Of a stretch of DNA of 64,000 nt, positions 40,793-48,480 are shown piece after piece. How positions within the stretch are numbered: the first letter of the stretch is position 1; each line of letters begins with the position of its first letter. The stretch is from positions 43,016-107,015 of IMG/VR virus record IMGVR_UViG_3300020192_000279. One strand, given 5' to 3'. The position numbers were made by a program, and so were the translations under genes. The notes beneath the pieces were generated by a model, which saw nothing but the letters and a program-made list of their open reading frames with translations, had not been told where the DNA came from and searched no databases. Source of the stretch: a virus (lineage: Duplodnaviria > Caudoviricetes).

Positions 40793-41572
40793 TCATAGTT
40801 TTAGTTGCCTAATCATCGGGTCGTCAAATGTTGCAAAACTGTCCGTGCAGTAGATTCGCTCGATCTTGCCGTCAAAGACGGCAAGGCCATTCGAGAAGAT
40901 CGCATGCGTTACGACCAAGTATACCTTTGCCTTCGGAGAACACAAGTGAATTGCTTTCGCGATCTCTGTAAAAGTGCGACCGCCATCGCAAAGGTCATCT
41001 ACAATCACGAACTTGTCGTATATGCGAATGTTAGTGGAGGTGGTGTTTATTTCCGTGCCAACAACCTTGCCGTTTTCGTCACGACGCTTGCTGCATTGCA
41101 CTAAATCGCAGTTGAGTGGGATTTGATGGCTAACCCAGGTCGCAGCACCGGCATCGGGCGACACGAAACAAACGTTGTCGTCGCCAATATCCTTGAGAGC
41201 CAAGTCCACAAGTCGGATCGTGGGCTCGACAATACTGGCATTGGGCAGATATTTCTTCAATGCCACAGGATTGTGCGGCTTGACGACATCGATCGTTTCG
41301 AGGCGAAGGCTACACAAGTAATCGCATACAATCTTGATGTCGATAGCCTCGCCAGGGGAGAAGCGGCGGTCACAGCGAGCAGCCAGCAAGTAATTGACTT
41401 GAAGGTGCCTGATCTCCGGGTGAATCTCCAAAACCTGAGCGATCAAGAAGAGGTCGTCGAAATTACGGATACTAGCACTAAGTGTAGTGGAGCCCTTGAG
41501 ATCCATCGTTGACACAATGTGCTTGTGACCATCGGGATAGTGAGAGACCTTGAAATCGGATAGATTAACCAT
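40793..41572 (-). CDS. Ribose-phosphate pyrophosphokinase-like (NARP1 Adps candidate)
   Basis: YPDG, AR.DR, PH, SPDAGA, K.RD, IVDDLCDGG.TF, VTHAIFS.G; adjacent to NAMPT homolog. Confidence 0.88.
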   Translation of the reverse strand: MVNLSDFKVSHYPDGHKHIVSTMDLKGSTTLSASIRNFDDLFLIAQVLEIHPEIRHLQVNYLLAARCDRRFSPGEAIDIKIVCDYLCSLRLETIDVVKPHNPVALKKYLPNASIVEPTIRLVDLALKDIGDDNVCFVSPDAGAATWVSHQIPLNCDLVQCSKRRDENGKVVGTEINTTSTNIRIYDKFVIVDDLCDGGRTFTEIAKAIHLCSPKAKVYLVVTHAIFSNGLAVFDGKIERIYCTDSFATFDDPMIRQLKL

Positions 41573-41597
41573 TTGCTTTACTCTTTCTTACAGTGTT

Positions 41598-41686
41598 TGG
41601 TGCGGGTGACAGGCATCGAACCTGCAAGCCTTTTTAGGGGCACGGGATCCTAAGTCCCGCGTGTCTGCCAATTCCACCACACCCGC
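41598..41686 (-). tRNA. tRNA-Leu(TAG)
   Basis: Cloverleaf, long V arm, CCA. Confidence 0.95.
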
Positions 41687-41722
41687 GTGTGTTCCTCTAT
41701 TATACGCTACTTCGTAGCGTTG

Positions 41723-42082
41723 TCAAGCTTGAAACTTCATCTTCTTGAATTTTAACTGCTTGCTTGTTTTGCGTCTATGGCAATTAGCACACAACACGTC
41801 ACACTTATCTAATTCCTTCTGGAGTCTTATTAGAGAGAATTTCCTATGCTTTATAGCACGCGATATTGTTGTCTCTTTTGTTTTCCTGTTTCTGTGATCA
41901 AATTCCAATACAATGGGGTCATTTTCACCACAAACAATACAGAATTTGTCTTTTAAGTATTGCCAAACGTACATGCGATTGCGTTGTATTACATCAAGTT
42001 GCCTTTTACGATATTGACGTTTATTGGCATTGTAATGAGCTTGCTGTGCCGCCAATTGTTTTACTCTGTTTTTGAATGGCAT
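41723..42082 (-). CDS. HNH endonuclease
   Basis: C..CGE..P.VLEFDH, KC.VLCANCHR. Confidence 0.88.
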   Translation of the reverse strand: MPFKNRVKQLAAQQAHYNANKRQYRKRQLDVIQRNRMYVWQYLKDKFCIVCGENDPIVLEFDHRNRKTKETTISRAIKHRKFSLIRLQKELDKCDVLCANCHRRKTSKQLKFKKMKFQA

Positions 42083-42084
42083 AT

Positions 42085-42171
42085 TGGTGGCCTCGGTCGG
42101 ACTCGAACCGACACGCTTTTTAGGGCACTAGATTTTGAGTCTAGCGGGTCTGCCAATTCCCCCACGAGGCC
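42085..42171 (-). tRNA. tRNA-Leu(CAA)
   Basis: CTAGA-CTCAAAA-TCTAG, CCA. Confidence 0.95.
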
Positions 42172-42177
42172 GCTATA

Positions 42178-42699
42178 TCAAACATTGTGTTGGCAGATGA
42201 TGGCATCAGGGAAATAGTGTTCGATAATGGCCAAGTAAATACCCCACTCTCCGCCGCCAAGGCCGCATCCCATCTTGAAAGGGAAGTAAAGAGGAACACC
42301 CTTGTCAAGTTTCGGAGCAAGCGACTCAAAGGCTCTTGCCGTGGCATCGTAGCTAGTCATTCGCCACCTAGAGGAAATGTAACCTTGGCCAAAAACGTTT
42401 GCGATTTTGAGGTGCTTGTGATTAGGTACCGTCCACATGAACGTTTTGCCAAGCATCACGTCGTTAGCAAGTTGCTCTTGACAAAGAATGTCGCCGTCTT
42501 CTGTAAGATAACCACTGAGACGTTCGTTATCTACTGACTTAATCCACTTGGCAATACAATCTTGATATTCTTTTTCAAGACCTGGGAACTTCTTGGCGAG
42601 TGCGTAGGCGATGCCGCCCCCCATGATGCCTTGGCAGTTGACCTGATGGAAGAGAACGCCATCCGTGAGAGCAAGCATGTCCTGTTTGATGATCTTCAT
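42178..42699 (-). CDS. Macro domain protein (Poa1p-like)
   Basis: HQVNC.G.MGGGIA, N.FGQ, P..GCGLGGG.W; leaderless promoter. Confidence 0.9.
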   Translation of the reverse strand: MKIIKQDMLALTDGVLFHQVNCQGIMGGGIAYALAKKFPGLEKEYQDCIAKWIKSVDNERLSGYLTEDGDILCQEQLANDVMLGKTFMWTVPNHKHLKIANVFGQGYISSRWRMTSYDATARAFESLAPKLDKGVPLYFPFKMGCGLGGGEWGIYLAIIEHYFPDAIICQHNV

Positions 42700-42744
42700 G
42701 TTCTATAGTATCACGCGACTGTCACGTTGTCCAGTAAAAAGTAC

Positions 42745-42819
42745 TGGTAGGTCCAGATCGACTTGCACGATCCTTTACGAGTTAAAAGCTCGTTACTTCG
42801 CTTTCTAAGTTTTGAACCC
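42745..42819 (-). tRNA. tRNA-Lys(TTT), atypical D and T loops
   Basis: ACGAG-CTTTTAA-CTCGT; T loop TGCAAGT; CCA. Confidence 0.8.
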
Positions 42820-42830
42820 ACAATTTAATT

Positions 42831-42905
42831 TGGTATCCCTACTAGGACTTGAACCTAGATTGTCGGATTAGAAATCCGATGTTCTGTCCTTTGAACTATA
42901 GGGAC
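42831..42905 (-). tRNA. tRNA-Arg(TCT)
   Basis: Cloverleaf, CCA. Confidence 0.93.
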
Positions 42906-42911
42906 CTGTAG

Positions 42912-43002
42912 TGGTGCGTCCACCAGGATTCGAACCTGGGATGGTGATTGCTCACGTTTGATTAAGAATCAAATACCTTCGGCCTACTCGGTACATGGAC
43001 GC
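42912..43002 (-). tRNA. tRNA with CTT (Lys) anticodon and long variable arm
   Basis: TTTGA-TTCTTAA-TCAAA; V arm GTGA-GCAA-TCAC; CCA. Confidence 0.85.
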
Positions 43003-43029
43003 ATTCATATGTTGCGTGTAATTTAATGA

Positions 43030-43105
43030 TGGTAAGGGCGGCGAGACTCGAACTCGCGGTCTGCTGGTTCCAAACCAGCCGGAATAACCACTATCCTACG
43101 CCCTT
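43030..43105 (-). tRNA. tRNA-Pro(TGG)
   Basis: Cloverleaf, CCA. Confidence 0.9.
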
Positions 43106-43118
43106 ATCAGTGTTGTTT

Positions 43119-43196
43119 TGGTCCGCAGAGGTGGAATTGAACCAGACCTACCTCTCGGTTATCAGCCGAGTGCAAATACCGTTATGCTTCCTGCGG
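43119..43196 (-). tRNA. tRNA-Ile(GAT), bulged T stem
   Basis: CTCGG-CTGATAA-CCGAG, CCA. Confidence 0.8.
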
Positions 43197-43204
43197 AATT
43201 GTTT

Positions 43205-43291
43205 TGGCGGAGAGGTAGAGGAATCGAACCCCGGACCTTGCGATCCCCCCGGCATTCAAAACCGGCTGCCGACCATTCAGCGGTACCTTCC
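43205..43291 (-). tRNA. tRNA-Ser(TGA), 8/4-type fold
   Basis: 8-bp bulged acceptor, 4-bp T stem, long V arm, G73-CCA. Confidence 0.8.
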
Positions 43292-43300
43292 GTTTGTTTG

Positions 43301-43432
43301 TTAGCGACGCCGCTCCAACCAGCGAATGATGTCGTTTCCAACATGCTCGCCACGTTGACGCAGTGACTTGAAATAGGAAAGAGCTTCGGCAACGCTCATT
43401 TTTCCAGACTTGACGTTTTCACGAATTCCCAT
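43301..43432 (-). CDS. 43-aa hypothetical protein (not in ORF track)
   Basis: MGIRENVKSG...WLERRR*, directly after the 43435 stop. Confidence 0.45.
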   Translation of the reverse strand: MGIRENVKSGKMSVAEALSYFKSLRQRGEHVGNDIIRWLERRR

Positions 43433-43434
43433 TG

Positions 43435-43830
43435 CTATATATCTCTTGTGAATTTGACGTTTTTGATTAGCTCGCCAATTCCTTGGTCGAGTAGATCTTG
43501 GAATAGCTTCTTCTGTCCATGTTCATCATACACTTTATCGGCGTAGTGGTCAAGCCAAGAATAGAATTTTTCGTCTTGCTCGACATCAATCGTACGGCCA
43601 GTCAAGTGCTCGAAATAGTCACTGTCAACGCCTTTTGCGGGGCGAATGCGAATGATAATCTCACCTTTTCGAGTAGTTATGCCAGACGGAGACTTGGGCG
43701 GTTTTGGATTTTCGACACCAGATGGAATGACAATATGTCCTCCACCAGATAGCAGAATACGCTCAGCTTCCGCCTCTCGTGCCGAAAGACCGCGAGCCAA
43801 CTCGTCTTTGGTGCGTCGTAAGTGTGTCAT
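43435..43830 (-). CDS. Hypothetical protein
   Basis: Coupled ORF. Confidence 0.55.
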   Translation of the reverse strand: MTHLRRTKDELARGLSAREAEAERILLSGGGHIVIPSGVENPKPPKSPSGITTRKGEIIIRIRPAKGVDSDYFEHLTGRTIDVEQDEKFYSWLDHYADKVYDEHGQKKLFQDLLDQGIGELIKNVKFTRDI

Positions 43831-44108
43831 GATTGTTTTGCATAGCTATTTTCGATAGCGAAAAACAGTTCGTATTCGGGATTTGCGTCGTCCCATGACC
43901 ATTTACAGGCATAAAACCCACCCGTTGAACAACGATAGTTTTTTTTGTCAGTACTCAAGATGATTTCAATGAGTTCTTCTGCCGAATCTCTCAGTCTTTC
44001 GACTGACGGAGAAGTATCTTCGTGCCAGTAGGTCCAGCCTTCCTTCACCATGTGGTTATGAATAGCTTGAAAGTTGATGCCGTCAAGCAACTTGCTTTTG
44101 ATGTCCAT
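43827..44108 (-). CDS. Hypothetical phage protein
   Basis: F..IH..M....W.Y...STGGF pattern. Confidence 0.55.
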   Translation of the reverse strand: MDIKSKLLDGINFQAIHNHMVKEGWTYWHEDTSPSVERLRDSAEELIEIILSTDKKNYRCSTGGFYACKWSWDDANPEYELFFAIENSYAKQS

Positions 44109-44277
44109 CAGTTTCTCTCAAGCCACTCGATCAAGGTTTTGAGAAGGAAGAGAAGACCGACCATGCAAGCACACCACCACATGATATTGACGATGACGAA
44201 TACCCAGAAAGCGATTTTGAACTTCATGTCTCTATGATATCACTTTTCAAGCGAAGTGCAAGTATATTTTCAGATTT

Positions 44278-44367
44278 TGGCGGTAGGTGTAGGATTCGAA
44301 CCTACGGGAACTTTCGCTCCGTTCCCTTAGCAAGGGAGTGCATTCAGCCAGACTCTGCCAACCTACC
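44278..44367 (-). tRNA. tRNA-Ser(GCT)
   Basis: Cloverleaf, long V arm, CCA. Confidence 0.92.
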
Positions 44368-44368
44368 G

Positions 44369-44445
44369 TGGAGCCCAGTATAGGATTTGAACCTATGAAT
44401 TACCGATTTGCAATCGGCAGCATTGGACCGCTCTGCCAACTGGGC
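44369..44445 (-). tRNA. tRNA-Cys(GCA)
   Basis: Cloverleaf, U73, CCA. Confidence 0.93.
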
Positions 44446-44454
44446 ATTGTATAG

Positions 44455-44526
44455 TTCCTCTTCCACGATTCGAACGTGGACTAAGTGCTTCAAAGGCACT
44501 TGTGCTAGCCATTACACCAAAGAGGA
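44455..44526 (-). tRNA. tRNA-Gln(TTG), no encoded CCA
   Basis: AGTGC-CTTTGAA-GCACT. Confidence 0.9.
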
Positions 44527-44527
44527 G

Positions 44528-44602
44528 TGGTGTCGGATCCAGGAATCGAACCTGGACCAACTGACTCAGAATCAGTTGTGCTGCCAATTACACCAACCCG
44601 AT
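44528..44602 (-). tRNA. tRNA-Gln(CTG)
   Basis: ACTGA-TTCTGAG-TCAGT, CCA. Confidence 0.9.
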
Positions 44603-45021
44603 TATGTTGGCCACACGTATGGCAATGACTGATCTTCTTGCCAGCCATATTTACCATAGAATACTATATCCTTGCGGAGTAGATTTGATCTATGAGAGGC
44701 ATGAAAAGTAGGATCACCAAACCAAATTGGCATTGCTACATCTTGTGTTGGAGCAAAATGCATGTTGTTTTTATAGCCGCGTTTAATCCACTCCTCAATC
44801 ATCGTATTCATATACAAACGCAGAGCGTTTGGGTATGGACGCCACATGATCGCGGCAGGGTGATTTCTCCAACCCTTTTTTGATACGCGACCTTCAAGTG
44901 CCCAAGAGTCGTCAATCGCCATTAGCAATTGAAAAGCCTCAACACGTTGTTTACCAAGTCTACGATAGTCTAGTGTCTCTGCCGAGGCCCTAAAGTCTGG
45001 AAATGGTAAAAAGGTCTGCAT
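44602..45021 (-). CDS. Pyrimidine-dimer DNA glycosylase-like (MSMEG_6728 family)
   Basis: MQTFLP, LD..RLGKQRVEA.Q, HPA..MW, H.SH.SNLLRKD. Confidence 0.9.
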   Translation of the reverse strand: MQTFLPFPDFRASAETLDYRRLGKQRVEAFQLLMAIDDSWALEGRVSKKGWRNHPAAIMWRPYPNALRLYMNTMIEEWIKRGYKNNMHFAPTQDVAMPIWFGDPTFHASHRSNLLRKDIVFYGKYGWQEDQSLPYVWPT

Positions 45022-45072
45022 CAGAGTCCGCTAAAAGTTGTTGAATGGATGGCGACGTTATAGCCCGTATAC

Positions 45073-45450
45073 TTAGAGAGTGTACTCCCAGCTACCGTCA
45101 GAAGCAAGCACTTTCAAGGATCTGACAGCAGTTGTCATAATCGTGCCGTTTCCATTGCCAAGCCGATTATTGGGGTGCCAAAATTCTATATACATGTCAA
45201 TGCCAAGCCATCCTTGCTTGAGCATAGAGCCTCCCCACGTTGAGCCAGCAATCGAAGCCTCTGTCGGTTCCTCGAAATAGAAGCCGCCCTCGATCATGTA
45301 CTTTCCGTTTTCAAGCACTTCGATCCTGTATAGCGTGTTCCGAGTTTGAGCCTCAAGACAGGTCCCAACCGCCAGCTTATCTAGCTGAACGCCGCCATTC
45401 TTCTTGGACTCTTCGATGTTACGAACGATATCAGGATGTAGATTTGTCAT
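45073..45450 (-). CDS. Hypothetical protein
   Basis: T.NT.Y, GST.GGSM. Confidence 0.6.
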   Translation of the reverse strand: MTNLHPDIVRNIEESKKNGGVQLDKLAVGTCLEAQTRNTLYRIEVLENGKYMIEGGFYFEEPTEASIAGSTWGGSMLKQGWLGIDMYIEFWHPNNRLGNGNGTIMTTAVRSLKVLASDGSWEYTL

Positions 45451-45459
45451 TGTATTTTG

Positions 45460-45530
45460 CAGGGGCCGTAAGAATCGAACTCACGTCTATTGATTTGGAA
45501 TCAACTATATTACCACTATACGAGACCCCT
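45460..45530 (-). tRNA. tRNA-Trp(CCA), no encoded CCA end
   Basis: Cloverleaf. Confidence 0.9.
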
Positions 45531-45534
45531 ATTG

Positions 45535-45840
45535 TCATTTCCAGAGAGATAAGGTCTTGAAAAAGGCGTCCCATTCAGGACGCGGACAGAAGACTGCACC
45601 CACTACTCGATTGCCGAGAGCACTTTCCGTCATAACTACATTGTCGTCCGCAAGATCGAGTGCCTTTTCAAGCCCGTCTCGCGAAACGCTACACGTGACC
45701 TTCTTGAAAGATGAGTCAAGCCACAGCTTCATATTTGACGAACTGCCATATCGTAGGTAGCACGCGAGCGAAGCGTGAGCAGCGATGTTGACAGCGTGAC
45801 CGACGGGCACGTCGTCAAGAATCAGGATGTACATCTTCAT
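45535..45840 (-). CDS. PTH2-like peptidyl-tRNA hydrolase
   Basis: KMYIL....G.A....AHAS, W....KKV. Confidence 0.7.
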   Translation of the reverse strand: MKMYILILDDVPVGHAVNIAAHASLACYLRYGSSSNMKLWLDSSFKKVTCSVSRDGLEKALDLADDNVVMTESALGNRVVGAVFCPRPEWDAFFKTLSLWK

Positions 45841-45885
45841 CGTAAGTTCTTTCTTTTCAAGCTCGTACGCTATTCGCGAAGAGTG

Positions 45886-45960
45886 TGGTAGGCCCAACAG
45901 GATTTGAACCCGTATCGTCGGTTCCGTAGACCGAAGTTCTTCCAGTTGAACTATGAGCCC
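45886..45960 (-). tRNA. tRNA-Arg(ACG)
   Basis: Cloverleaf, CCA. Confidence 0.93.
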
Positions 45961-45971
45961 GTGTTGTTATT

Positions 45972-46047
45972 TGGGGTGGATAAGGGGTTTCGATCCCCCA
46001 CTTACAGCGTCACAAGCTGTCGTGCAGGCCACTACACTATATCCACC
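45972..46047 (-). tRNA. tRNA-His(GTG)
   Basis: G-1:C73, CCA. Confidence 0.93.
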
Positions 46048-46051
46048 GTGC

Positions 46052-46438
46052 TTATTCTTCGACTGCCTTCGCAAAAGCAGCCAGTCCATCTTGTGTGTCG
46101 ATGTGATAGCAGTAGGGTACTCCATCTTCACCGAACCAAGTCTCGGGCGGACGACATGCACAGTCTCCGCCCGCTCTTGCTACTTGGCCGTGTGTCTCGA
46201 AAAGGCGTTTTGCCGTAGCCATTGTCATCGGTTTATACGGCGGCTTCCATTCCGCGACCCAATACCGCCAAGCTCGCTTAACGATCCATCCCCGTTTTTC
46301 AAACCATCCAAAGATGTCGGTTTTTACTTCCCCGGCTTGTAATAGCCTAAAGGGAAAAACGGGGATGCCCGCTTGTTCCAATTCTCTGCGACAGACTTCG
46401 TCGCACATTTCTTTGGATTGACCGGCAAGATTACGCAT
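46052..46438 (-). CDS. Hypothetical phage protein
   Basis: NLAG, EL..AGI, RAW.YW, YHIDT..GL. Confidence 0.65.
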   Translation of the reverse strand: MRNLAGQSKEMCDEVCRRELEQAGIPVFPFRLLQAGEVKTDIFGWFEKRGWIVKRAWRYWVAEWKPPYKPMTMATAKRLFETHGQVARAGGDCACRPPETWFGEDGVPYCYHIDTQDGLAAFAKAVEE

Positions 46439-46480
46439 GCTGATATCATAGCTCGCCAAAGCGAGCTAGTCAAGAAAAGT

Positions 46481-46565
46481 TGGTAGGAACAGTCGGGATC
46501 GAACCGACACGCCGTTAGGCACATCATTTTAAGTGATGGGCGTCTGCCAATTCCGCCATGTCCCC
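46481..46565 (-). tRNA. tRNA-Leu(TAA)
   Basis: Cloverleaf, CCA. Confidence 0.93.
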
Positions 46566-46571
46566 GTGTAT

Positions 46572-46648
46572 TGGTCCGCTATCTAGGAATTGAACCTAGC
46601 CCTGAGGTTAATAAGACCCCTGCATGACGACCAGTGTGCTAATAGCGG
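46572..46648 (-). tRNA. tRNA-Ile(TAT) with U37
   Basis: GGGGT-CTTATTA-ACCTC, CCA. Confidence 0.8.
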
Positions 46649-47083
46649 TCAGTCCAGTGTACAAGCCATTGCATTCGAGGTGTTGAACGTGATCGCACCA
46701 GAGTTCGTGTCACGGTACCACCACTGAAAAAGGAGCGTCGTGCCAAGCGGCATCAGCGTCAAGTCAACCTGACGAGTTGCGTTGCCGTTCACGGTAGCAG
46801 TCGGCCCACCGACGCGAACGAACTGCCCGAGCGGATTGATACATAACGTGCCGTTACCAAAAGGAACGTTGAACTGGGTCGTGCCACACGTCAGTTGTGC
46901 AAACGACTGAGGCATTGCGTTCGTCAGCGTACAGCCGAGGTTGTTGTCGATTCGCGTTAGCGAGCCGGTGTAGTCACAATGAGCAACCAATCCAAGAGAA
47001 TTGGGCTGCGAATCGCAGTAGTTGTAAGCGGAGCCAGCGGAGGCGGTAAGTGCTAGGAGGCACACAGCGATGATGTTCTTCAT
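46649..47083 (-). CDS. Secreted protein with YC..NS.G / PFGNG.LC / Q.WYRD domain
   Basis: Signal peptide plus motifs; leaderless promoter. Confidence 0.7.
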   Translation of the reverse strand: MKNIIAVCLLALTASAGSAYNYCDSQPNSLGLVAHCDYTGSLTRIDNNLGCTLTNAMPQSFAQLTCGTTQFNVPFGNGTLCINPLGQFVRVGGPTATVNGNATRQVDLTLMPLGTTLLFQWWYRDTNSGAITFNTSNAMACTLD

Positions 47084-47089
47084 GCTCTA

Positions 47090-47117
47090 ATGATACATCA
47101 TTTTCGCGGTTTGTCAA
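47090..47117 (-). promoter_or_regulatory. Sigma70-type promoter, leaderless
   Basis: TTGACA-N16-TATCAT-N6-ATG. Confidence 0.8.
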
Positions 47118-47125
47118 GCAAAAAA

Positions 47126-47695
47126 TCACTCTAAGCCGATGTACGAGCCGACGCCGATGGTCGCGTTCTCGACGATGGTCACGTTCTTGCCGACGGTTGA
47201 GTCATCGCCGATGATCGCGTGCTCGCCGATGGTCGCGTGCTCGCCGATGGTCACGTTCCAGCCGATGTACGAGTCCTCGCCGATGGTCGCGTCCCGACCG
47301 ATGGTCGAACCCCGACCGATTATCACGTACTCGCCGATGTTCGCGTACTCGCCGATGTTCGAGTACGAGCCGATGGTCACGTTCTTACCGATGGTAACGT
47401 TCTCGCCGATGGTCACGTGCTCGCCGACGGTCGCGTTATTGCCGACGGTCGCGTTCCTACCGATGTTCGAGCCCCAGCCGATGTTCGAGTACGAGCCGAT
47501 GTACGAGCCGTCACCGATGTTCGAACTCCGGCCGATGGTCGCGTGCTCGCCGATGGTCACGTACTTACCGATGGTAACGTTCTCGCCGATGGTCACGTGC
47601 TCGCCGATGGTCGAGTACGAGCCGATGTACAAGTTCTCCCCGACGTTGACTTGAACGGTCTTGCCGTTCGGGTTCGTGTGCGTGATGGTTTTCAT
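47126..47695 (-). CDS. Left-handed beta-helix hexapeptide-repeat protein
   Basis: About 28 xxxx[IV]G repeats encoded by 18-bp units. Confidence 0.85.
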   Translation of the reverse strand: MKTITHTNPNGKTVQVNVGENLYIGSYSTIGEHVTIGENVTIGKYVTIGEHATIGRSSNIGDGSYIGSYSNIGWGSNIGRNATVGNNATVGEHVTIGENVTIGKNVTIGSYSNIGEYANIGEYVIIGRGSTIGRDATIGEDSYIGWNVTIGEHATIGEHAIIGDDSTVGKNVTIVENATIGVGSYIGLE

Positions 47696-47701
47696 GCTTC
47701 A

Positions 47702-47729
47702 ATTATACATCATTCTTGCGGTTCGTCAA
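47702..47729 (-). promoter_or_regulatory. Sigma70-type promoter, leaderless
   Basis: TTGACG-N16-TATAAT-N6-ATG. Confidence 0.8.
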
Positions 47730-47737
47730 GCAAAAAA

Positions 47738-48358
47738 TCATTCATACGTCACTCTAATTCTCAGTAACGTAATGTTCTCGTTCCAGTCAGTACCCCACGT
47801 TCCCCAATGTCCATGAGGAACGCCGACAATTGTTTCTTGAAAGCGTGGGCTGAAATTAATCGTGACATTACCACTACCTTCAAACAGCATCATTTTTACT
47901 GGATTGGTGCATACCGTCCACGCATCCACACTTGTCACGCCAGCAATATGACCCTGATAACCGCTAGGACCATCAAAGTCAACTCGACCGTCAAATGGCG
48001 ATAGACTGTCTTGATGAATATAAGTCCAGCCAATCGGCTCTGGACTGTCATTTAGTCTATTACGAAATATGGGATTGAATCCATTGAATGGTTCAATGCT
48101 CCAAAATTGTCTATCTCGCCAGATATGGAGAGTATTTGGAAGATATGCTTGCGACACGTTTTCAAGCCTATAGTCAAGACTCAAGCATTGACCTGGACCG
48201 ATACGTTGAAATTCCACCTTCGTAACGTGTCCGTTCACGCGAGGAATGGTAACGGGAAAATTGAAATTGTCGATGACGATACCGTTATCACAAAGATTGA
48301 TAACACCTGGACCTGGACGCTCGAAAGTGACGATGGTTGCAAGTAATAGTGTAAGCAT
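47738..48358 (-). CDS. Secreted protein, choice-of-anchor E-like
   Basis: Hydrophobic N-terminus; FDG.VDF.G.SG motif. Confidence 0.5.
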   Translation of the reverse strand: MLTLLLATIVTFERPGPGVINLCDNGIVIDNFNFPVTIPRVNGHVTKVEFQRIGPGQCLSLDYRLENVSQAYLPNTLHIWRDRQFWSIEPFNGFNPIFRNRLNDSPEPIGWTYIHQDSLSPFDGRVDFDGPSGYQGHIAGVTSVDAWTVCTNPVKMMLFEGSGNVTINFSPRFQETIVGVPHGHWGTWGTDWNENITLLRIRVTYE

Positions 48359-48371
48359 GTTTAATATGGTT

Positions 48372-48460
48372 TGGCTAGGGAGGTAGGTTACGATCCTACA
48401 GTTGAGATTGCTCTCGCTACATTAACAGTGTAGTGCGTCTACCAGTTCCGCCACCCCCTA
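48372..48460 (-). tRNA. tRNA with GTT (Asn) anticodon and long variable arm
   Basis: CTACA-CTGTTAA-TGTAG; V arm GAGA-GCAA-TCTC; G73-CCA. Confidence 0.85.
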
Positions 48461-48480
48461 GTGTTTTGTTTTTGTTGTAT

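Noticed and set aside
43026-43392. ORF-track entries over tRNA genes (also 44393-44632, 48975-49253)
   Set aside because: Overlap well-formed tRNAs
47126-47640. CRISPR array
   Set aside because: Contiguous coding repeats without spacers; no cas genes seen
47139-47767. Long alternative-frame ORFs over the hexapeptide gene (also 63504-63991)
   Set aside because: By-products of stop-free 18-bp repeats; the promoter and unique N-terminus support only one frame
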